The notes below the pieces were generated by a model that did not search any database, was not told where the DNA came from, and was given only the letters and a program-made list of their open reading frames with translations. Shown piece after piece: positions 37,001 to 47,500 of a stretch of DNA of 64,000 nucleotides. Source of the DNA: Oculina patagonica (taxonomy: Eukaryota); contig NC_135767.1 of assembly GCF_052425735.1 (NCBI RefSeq), positions 3,534,001 through 3,598,000 on the forward strand, in the 5' to 3' direction. Position 1 is the stretch's first letter; the number at the start of each line of letters is the position of its first letter. The position numbers were made by a program, and so were the translations under genes.

Positions 37001-40000
37001 ATTGACCAACAACTGCCCATGTAGTTTCCTATACATCTGATACAATTGCCAACGTTAAGGATAGTTCCTATGTGATCCTTATGTCAACCTTATACGAATG
37101 TTTCCATGACCGTCTAGGTGTTAAACTATCTGTTGGATCATCGACTGCAACCTTCCCTAACAGTTCTCTACGGTCCACAACTGACGGGTCAGCTGACCAT
37201 AGCGCATGCGCACTTGATGATCGCTTTTGCAGCTACAGTTTACGCCATACCAGCTGACTGCCATCAAGAGTAAGTTATACAATGCTGTTTTTACTAAACA
37301 GTAACAATACTGAAAAATTCTGATAACAGTCCCCTTCAGTTTAAATAGAAATGAGTCCCAAAGTCTTACACGTAAAAGGCTCTCCAACAAAAAGGCCACG
37401 GGCTTACATTTAGTTTTAAAGAACGAGATATTTTCTTTCAATATTAGTAAGCGAACTTGTATAGAAATTCGATTGAAAATGTTAGTTTCCTGCTCTTAAA
37501 ACAGGCTTGCTCGTTATCTGGAATCCAAGGAGGAAGAGGAAGCTATGTCCGAGTTACCAGTTCCCCCTCCGCCGTCTCAGTCTCAACTCGGAAAGAAAAA
37601 CAGCAAGAAAAAAGTCAGCGGTGAGTACTAAGAAAATAGTATTGGAAAGCGACGAGAACATTGTATATACTTTAACATGAATTTAAAGGGACCGTGTCAT
37701 ATTTAGGCATAGGAAATGACCTTCAAGTATTCGTTTTAAATTATAAAATAACCTCTTAAAACAGTGAAGGAATGTTTAAATAATTCACTAAATGCAAAGA
37801 AGGTATGGATGGCAAAAAGTGTCGAAGATTGAAACGGATTGCGATATGGGTTTTTGATATATGGTCCGGCGGAACAGTTTTCAAAGTTAATCTTGTCTGC
37901 TTGTAACTTTAAAACGCCCGGGAGACACATTTGGCTGCAATGAAGCTATGGTTTTGTCATTTAGAATCATAGAATTAATTTCTTTGCAAACATTTAGTTT
38001 CATAGCAATATTTGACAAAAAGTAACAACATAAAATTAACTTAGCCGTCACACAGTACCTTTAATATATTCACATACTAATTCTCCTGAGTGTTCTCCGT
38101 ACGTTTTCTTAGAGTATTAGTTGAAGTATTTCTTAAAAGATCAACGCAATTTCCCTTTGGTGATAATTTTATTAATTCACAAAACCGTTTCTCTTGATGA
38201 AGTATTGATATTGCGAGGAAAAGTTTGAGAGGGTTGAACAAAAACCAACACTTCCAAATTTCAATACGATCGGGAGTACACAGCCCCACAAGCTTCTAGC
38301 TTTAAACACTACCGTGTATAAATAAAGGTAATTTATTAATTTTGTGTAATTATCCATTAATTTTTACTTTTAACCATTCTTACAGAAGAAGCGATGAGCT
38401 TAATGAGCAGTCAAGTCGCTCAAAGAAAGCAATTAATTGACGCGGCAACAGCTTCCCCAGAACTCATCAAGGTACAGCAAATCTTGTTAATGTACTTTAT
38501 TACCAGTTTGATAGTTACTTACCATTTCATTGTGGATTAATCGTATGGTAACAATGAAATAACCGCGTGAAGGCAGTTGGAAGTTTGATATTTAGTCTGA
38601 CAAAGACACTGAGTTTTATCTACTGCAGTGGCGGCCTGATTCCAAACACCCCAAAACATTTGAGTGTGTAGTATCGCTGTATGTTTATACGAGTCTTGCA
38701 GTATTTTGGCGAGCTCGTTTGCGTCGGGCTCCTCAAAACCTATGCAGCGATACTGCACACTATTTTTTTATTTATTTCTTTTATTTAACCCAAAAGTAAG
38801 ACTCTCGACAAAATAATTTACTACTTAGCGCTGCCCTCCGCTAAAACCCCTTTTTCATTTCCCTTCCTCCCATTCTCCTATCCCCGCTTTATCCCCCCGG
38901 GACATCCAACGTCCCCCTCTCATTATTTTTCTCGTCCCTATTTCTCCAATTACCTCCACCACTCCACTAATTTTTCCACCCGCACTGCCACTTGTTGTCC
39001 TCCAAGGACTCCCCCCGGTTGACATCCAAAGTCACCTTCCCCCTCGTTTCTTCCCTTGTCCCTATCGCTCCTATTACCGCCACCACTCCACTTCTTTTTT
39101 CAACCCCAACGCCCCTGTTGCCCTCCAAGGACTCTCCCCCTTCCGAATTCTTCCAAGTCCCCTCCCCCTTATTTCCCTTTATTTTCTTTTTTTCGTCAGT
39201 ACTTAATTACTTAATTCTTTTATCTTCCCCACCAAGCCTTGAACCTGCGACCTCCCGCTCTAAAGCCCATCCCCTTATCCACTACACCACGCCACTCGCT
39301 GTTGAAAACATACAATTCATTTTCTGGTATTATAACTTATCGGTCCCAGGCTCAACTCGGCCAAATGTCTGAACGTAATTTTTTGATATTTCCAAATCGA
39401 GTGCGAGTGTTTCATCAAGAGTAAGTTGTGCGTGTGTTACACTCTGACACTGGCAGGGCAAAAGAGTTTTTCGTAAGGCTTCTACAAAATCAATTAACGG
39501 ACTAAACAAACTTTAAATGCAGGGCTGATCAAACAGCAAGGGACTGATGTTGTTTGATCAGCCCTACATTTAAAGTTTGTTTATTAAGTCTACTGCTGAT
39601 CCTGATCTACATCAAGATCCGGCTACAGTTTGCTCCTGTTTGTCAGAGTGGTCCTTGCATAGTTACAGAATTAACGGACTGTTTACGTAAGGGCCCTAAT
39701 CCAGTTGGACCTTACGGTTAAATTCAAGTGACTTTTACTAGCCTCATACTTTATATTTTAATCTCTGCAGGGTTTCTTGCTGGCTACAGCAGAGTTAATT
39801 TTGACTAATTTATGTGACTCTCTGTCGGACGCTCCAGATCAAGCCAGTTTGGAGGAAGAACGTAAGAATCTAATGTCTTTGTAACTCTGCGTATCCGAGG
39901 CGTTCACGATTTTTATTAAGCAATGAGAAATGTGCGAACTCTGGCGAACACAAGTCAGGAAATGGTCAGGGATAACTTAAATTCTTTAAGGCCAGGAAAA

Positions 40001-43000
40001 AATCAGACAATTTTATTTTTTGACATTTTGAAGAAAAGTCAGGGAAAGTTGAAATTTTAACGCCTCTGATTTAATACCATTGACGGCTGGAAGAAACATT
40101 TCAGGTCAGCATGATCTGAAAACTGATGTCTATGGCAACCGTGATGAGACCCTGATAAAGCCTCTATTCCTTTTTGAATTGTCACTCACTTCAGTTCTAC
40201 TAATTTCATACCAAACTTGGCAATCACTCGCCGACATAACCCCTACACTGTAAGCTCACAGGAATGAAACATAGGCCCCGTCCACACTGGCCCGGGTAAA
40301 TTTGAAAACGCATCTTTTTTTCCCGGTTAGGCCAACCGTCCACACTGAAACGGCGTTTTCGGTCATCGAAAACGCATCTTTTCAAAAACGCTCACCAGTG
40401 AAGCGTATCATTTTCAAATTTACCCAGGTTAATGTGGACGGAAAACATTTAACGCGGCGTTTTCAAATTCCTCCGTTTTCAAATTTACCCGGGTCGTGTG
40501 GACAGGGCCATAGTGTATAAAGAAACACTGTCCCGGCTGATTACTGAAAGTTCTCTTTCCTAATGTTCATATTGTATTGCCAAATGCCACCAAATATACA
40601 AATAAATAAGATAAAAAGATTTTACAGAGCAAAATAGAACGAGTATTTTGGGGAAGAAGTACAGGATTACGAGGATGGAAGCAGATTGCAATTCATCAAA
40701 TTTATTTAACATTTATTTTGTCATATTTCCAGCTCAAAGCTTATCATCAGTGGATTTGGAACAGGTCTGCCTTTCTCGATTAGAGCTGGCAGAAATAGCC
40801 AGTCAGCGGCATCATGCACTCACCAGTGGCAACATCGTGTATGCGTGCATGAGAGCGTTGGAAGACGCTGCGATTTTGAATGAACTGGACTTGGAAAAAC
40901 GGTATGGGGTCAAATAATTTAAAAGACGTTTAGACGGCATTTTACTAGTAAAAAAGTTGTGTTTTTTGTAGTCATAGTTGTTACACCACTCAGGTGTTCT
41001 ATTGCGGTATTCATAACTGCGACTTATCCTCCTTCGCGGTATACAGTTTAGCCTCTGCCTAGTCACGGCCACCGAAAATCAGAATCCATGTAAACCTCAG
41101 TTGCGTGACATTTAAAGCGTTGTGTGACGTCCCAAGGACGGCGTCATATTTCAGGAGGGGTGGTTTGATTGATTGTCATATCGTCATCCATTAAAACCAA
41201 GCGCCAGTTTCTCAAGACCATTGGAACAGATAAACTTGGATGTGTCATCTTGACTACAGAGTTGTTGTTGTTTTTTTTTTTATCGTGGTTATTTGTTAAA
41301 CGAGTTGTGTCACGCTGTTTTCATTTGAAGGTTATCTTCAAATTAACATGATTCTAAGACGGTCCAAGATTGCTTTCTTTCACTCCCTTCTCAGTGAGAG
41401 CGAGCAACCTCGAACCCTCTGTGAATCAGGCTACCTTCAAATGGGAGGGAACCTAAAAATAATAGTTTATTTAGGGAGAAAAATATAATAAACCACAGAA
41501 TAAGGAAAGATGGAAAAGATTAATATAGAACACGAGCAACGCCTTATTTCATGTTTTTTTTTCTGTAGTGCCCATTCCCTGATGTCAAGCCAAGTCAGAT
41601 CCGCACCCAGTACCGTGTCCGGGTGGGGTGGGGATCACTATCTCCACAACCAAGCACGGTCTAGACTGGACGCTAGACTGTGGCTCACGTGCAGACTGGC
41701 TCTGGCTCGTGGACTCGCGGAAGAGGACGGTGGAATGGGCAAGCTTGGAGGCTCAGCAAGAAGTGTTACCAGCGCTATAGGGTCCTGTCTTCATCACTGT
41801 CAACAGGGTAATTCGCAATCAACTTTCAATCTTCCTGTGTGTCATCTATAGAAATATGAATCAGATTTTACTGCCCTAGGGTACAGTAGCTGTTACTACA
41901 GAGGCAACTTGGTCTTTTTGCTCTGCCTTGACCGTAGTGTTGACCTTTTGCATGCCTTCTTAAGAATATATGATCGCAGGCTCAACTGCAATAACCGCTA
42001 TTGCAATTCAATGTTGAGTCACCCAGTACTAACATGAGACAAGCTGAAGATCAGAAAAATAAAACCAGGGGCGGATCTGAGATGACCTGCCGCTTTCTAA
42101 TACAACTGGTATTCTGCAAAAAAGTCAGTTATGCCATTCCTTAGTGGTGCACCCCCTCCTAAGAACAATCCTGGATCCGCCCCAGAAAATTGTAATTATT
42201 TAGAATGCTGGAAAATAACCCGTGAATTTCCTTCTGCACCTTATTCCTAGAAAAGAAATTTGGGAGCACACGAGGCGAAAATATAATCATTTGATCAGAC
42301 TTCTTTTTACGTATTTATGTATAGCAATGCCAGACTTGGAGCAAATAACTTTTCTTTGCCTCAACGTAACAATTTTCTGTACTTTTTTTTTAACTTTGAT
42401 TCATTGAACGAACTTGAAACTCTGTCCAACAGTATACTACAGACAATGTTGCCTTGATGGACCGCTAAGCTCTCAATACTAACATTTAAAGAAATGCTTG
42501 GCAATAAGTATGGAGAATTTATATATCGATATTCATTGCAGGTCTGGACGAGGCTGAAGCATTCGGTGACATTGAGCTCATGGCGGAATTTTCTCTCCTG
42601 AGTATGGTGCAGAATTTACAGCGAGGAAAAATGGGAACTGACTTGCTGGACACACTAGAGGTAATATGTTGTTCAAACAAAGAAACGTTATAAGTACGTT
42701 TAACTTCATTTTAGCAGGTTTTTGTCTTTTTGCGGGGTGAGCAAGACTTTTACCAATTTAGACTGCATCAAAGAAAAACTAGTGAAAAATAAACGCGCGA
42801 TTATTTTCAGTTGTTTTCAAAGACAATATGAGTATATATTGTAAATTGCTTAGCTGCCATAACACATTGTGCCTTCCGTTATTTTATTAACATTCTGTTT
42901 AACTTAGCGTCACATTCAAAATCTGACACAAGTTTCTGAAAGAAGTGCTTTCATTACGCTTTCCCTCCAGAATGGGAAATACGAGACAAACATTTTCAAG

Positions 43001-44530
43001 TTTGTCCATATTATAATCCATTTCCATCCTCGGCATCGTTAGTCATCTTCACTTCCTAATGAGCTCCTGTCCTTTGCCAAGTACTGTTCTACAAAATCAA
43101 ACCATTATTGTTGGGTTTCCTACTGGCAAGCCTCGCGTTTTCGTTAACTGTCCATATTGTATTGCATTTCCATCCTCGCCATCGTCACTCATCCTTACTT
43201 GCTAATGGGCCCCTGTCATTTCTTGTATGCTGTTGAGTGTTCCACAAAATCAAACCATATTGTTGGATTTCCAAAATCTGGTATGTGTTTTAGCATTTTC
43301 GAAATCATACTAAAACAGCTGTTTTTTCTCCCTCTTTCTTTCTGTAGAATATTATTTTGCAGTTGGAGCAAAGTCCAGCACTGTCCTTCTCAGGCAGACT
43401 GTTATTAGTTCTATCAATCATTCAACATGCTGATATCAGACCTCCATCACACGAATCCTCCACGGTGCCTTATCTGAACGACTCTCTTTCCGCGTACAAA
43501 CGAGCGATGGATCATCTACTTGATCAGGTAATCAGGCCTTATTACGATTTACGCCGCCATCTTGGGTCGCCATATTGCGCTGCCATCTTGGGTCGCCATT
43601 TTGCGCCCGCATCTTAGGTCGCCATCTTGCGCAGCCATCTTGGGTCGCACTTTTGCGCCGCCATCTTGGGTCGCACTTTTGCGCAGCCATCTTGGGTCGC
43701 CATTTTGCCCCGCCATCTTAGGTCGCCATCTTGGCCGCCATCATGTTGCAGTACGCATGCATGATACATATTTAGTGTTTGTGTGCGAATGTAGTAAAAA
43801 ATATTTTCGCCAGAATATAGTCTCCTGTAGACGCTATTTACAGCAACGCAAAAAAGCTAGCAAATTATTTGGAGGAGTTATATCACGGACGACACATCAA
43901 ATATAAGCCACAATCTTCACCATGTCTTAAAAATACGAGCAGCATTTAACTTATCTCGCAACATTGTTGCATTGTAAGTTGTAAAGTGTTGTTGCGCGTA
44001 TTACCTCCCGAATTGCAAGTTGCAGCAACAGGCATGTTGCACAAAGTTTAACTCATGTTCGCGCATTACGGGAGGTAATACGCGCAACAACGCTCTACAA
44101 CTTGCAATGCAACAATGTTGCGAGACATATTGAAGGAAAATGTTTGCCGTATATATAACTGGACTTTGAAGGAACACTATTACGGGGATTTGAATGCTTT
44201 TCGGTAAAAAGTACATAAAATTGGCGAATAGGTCTTCCCGTACATGAAATGCACCTAGTACATCAAGATGGAGATATAAGTAAAGGAAGAGGGTAGCCTT
44301 AATAATTTTTAGGTGTTTTTCCAGTCCACAAGGACAAACTTGAAAAAATCAGCCTGACTTTTTCAAGTTGAGATCTTAAGTTCCTGATGGAAACACAATA
44401 ATATCACTTGCTTATCGCTTCAGTACACTTGCATTGTGATTTTTAACAAAATTGAAACACAATTCGTAGTTTTCATATGTCTTTAGGCTCTTGAGTTTTG
44501 TTGTTGTTGTTGTTTATCAGTTCATTGACG

Positions 44531-44564
<34 letters not shown>

Positions 44565-47500
44565 TTGTTTTCTTTCTTTTCCTCTTGTTAGTTGACTCAG
44601 CTGGGAAGCGATGTAAATCTCGTGGAAATGTCGCCAGTCAGCCCGCTACATAACATCTACTTTCAACAACTTCAACCTCTTATTGACTTGAAACTTCGTG
44701 TCGGTCGCGCGCTTACAAAGCAGGTTACACTGACTAAACGAGACTCAAACGTCATTCCAGCCGAGTGGCAGACTGCAGTCAGAGAACTGGAACTAGGGCT
44801 TGAGCTGGCGAGGACGACGGCTTGTCAGCGGAAACCTGTCGAAGCGCAGCTGTTGTTGACTCTTGGTAAGTCTGTGCAGTTGCCAATCAACACCAACAAT
44901 GGTGTGTGGACTAGTCTCCTTCGCAGCCGTTGTCTGGCTCGTCACGCAACGTTCAGGGCGAGAAGCATTGCCTGACGACTTAAATAACGGCTGCATAGGA
45001 GACAAACACCAACCAAACCTAATGTAATAACGTTTCAGTTAGAAACCCTTTTTGGTTTCTTTTTCTTGCCTGGACAATCCTAGACTCCCTCGCTCGTCAC
45101 GCAACACACCCTCTCCCAAGAGTTGCGTGACTACTGAAATAACGGCTGCGAAGTAGACTAGGACAATCCAAACACCCAAAAATAAACGTGACTGAAGAGA
45201 GAAATTGTGTTACACAACTGATCCTTCTGAATTTTTGATATTGTGTGCGAAGTGCAATCTTTCGTTCACAACAATTTCTTTCGTGCGTAAATTTAAATGT
45301 TCCGAGTGTAATTTTTCAATGGTGATGCTCGAACAACGATCAAGAAGCGTGAGAAAAACAACAATTTGAAATAACAAATAAATAGGTAACAAAAATTTAC
45401 TTTTCAAGTTTGTCAAAATTGCATTCTATTTAAATCGTAAGTTGTCTTTACTTCCTGATTGCTTTACTGCCCAGTTCTGTTCAACAAAATCAAAATCATC
45501 GCTACATGTAATAGGGTTTTTGGAAATTATGTTGCACTAAACACTAGTTTTTGCTGTTGCGCTGTTAACAGGCCAGATTCAAAGACAGATGCTCCAGGGC
45601 GGCCAGTTAACTCCCAGTAGAGTAGTCAACACACTAGTAGAAGCTGTACAGTGCACCTTTATCTCTGATCACGACCTTGGGTAAGTTTGTTTGTTTAATT
45701 CTTTACGAGTTATCCGGCCTCACCATGTACTGTACAAGCCCCTATGACAGCCATTCATGATCTCACCCCACCCACCCATTCCATGAATACTTTTGAAAAG
45801 GCTGGCCCCAACACCGGGAACTTAAGATTGTGTGAGAAGCCGAAATAACGTCTGCGTAGAAGGCTACGGGACTGGACGGGACGGGAACTTCGGGACCTTG
45901 CTCTTTTCAAAAATCTTTGCCGCTGACATTCCAAATGAATTACTTGTCTTCTTTGTTTTCATTTTTTAAACTCCCGTTGCATCTCCTGAAATTTCCCCTT
46001 GTTTTCTTTATTCGCTAGTTTAATGAAGCAAGCGTATCTGGAAATGGCAATGGTCCTCATCAGAAACGCCAACACACTCAAACCTCCTAAAATACCGGAC
46101 CAGGCTCCCCGCACGCCAGAATCAACTCCCTCAGGCGCGAGAGAAGGCCGTAAGCTTAGCAAGAAAGGTAGTGCTAAGGAAAAGGATCGCAAGGACAAGG
46201 AGACGAGAGAGAAAAACAAAGAACTCGAGAAGGAGATGAGAACGGCTTGGGCTGCTATTCGAGCTGCGGGCGTGGTGTCTTCGGCTCAGTATAAAATCGG
46301 GATTTTCACGGGTGATCCCGAAATAACTGCGTTAAAACTCTCCGAAAAGGCTGCGAGCGCCGTCCCAGGCCTCGCGCTGTTTGACCTTCTGGGTACTGAT
46401 GACGTCATTAAAAACTCGGAGGATGGAGCGCTGGTTGCTCAGGATGGGATCGTTACCATGGGAACCACCATCAACAATTCCAACCGCGTGCAAGTCACTT
46501 GGCTTCATCTCCTCGGCTATCTGTCGGTGCTTCGTCGGCAATGTTCGTACGCGGCGCTCGGAGTGCATTCGGAAGACGAAGAGATGTCGAAGAAGGGAAG
46601 CGCTGCAGTGTTACCCTTGTTCAGTGCTAAGAAGGCTCTGAAACTCTCCAAGATGCATTCGTTTCTAAAGAACGAGCTGGATCCGTATGCGGCGGAGTGC
46701 TGTGGTGTTTACCCTCCTGAAGTGCTGTCCAATTATGGACCTTCAAATGGGCCCCAGACTATGGTGACCCAACCTTCACAAATGGACCTAGCGGGAGAAA
46801 CCTCAAAGAAGACTGGTGAGAACATTATGGTTTTTGTTGTGTTATGGGGAGGGCAGGGAGGAGAGAAAAAGACGCATTTTACATGGTTTATTGTGAGCTG
46901 TTAACAGAACTTGCACTCAACAGCACATATACAGCTTAGAACGCTTAGAAACAAGACTTTAGTCAAAAATCTTCGAATGATGTATGTGAAGACATATGCC
47001 AGCCCTCTTTAACAAAACAGCAGTGGAAAGTTCTTTTTACTGTTGATTGTTTGTTTTGTTTTGTTTTTCGAGCCTTACATCTCCTCCATACTATTTCTGT
47101 TTTGTATTTTAACTTATTTGTAATAAAAATCGGCGCAAGTCAAAATTTGGTGTTTCGAATTATATGTTTCATATTGAATACAAAGCTAGTGCATTCACTT
47201 ACCTTCAAAGCACGACTTCCATAAGAAATTTCTCCGATAAACCGCTAACGCTGGAAATGTCAGCCAGTTTTAGTTTAAACAGAACTAAGTTTAGCTTTTA
47301 ATCTTATTACTGAGAGATTCTGCAAGGGCCTAACTTCCAGACTGTCATATAAAGTGATTTGACTCTCATTGTTTTTTATTATTTTATTTTCCACAGATTT
47401 CGTAGACAAGTCCACCAAAGCAGGCGACTTTGAGATGTGTGTCCAATGGTTTCAGCCAGAACTCGACTGTGTGTCCGTGGAAGATCCTGTAGACACCCAG

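Noticed and set aside
39225-39297. tRNA gene on the minus strand
   Set aside because: A and B boxes are present, but the acceptor stem does not pair and the sequence continues into a SINE-like body and A-rich tail.
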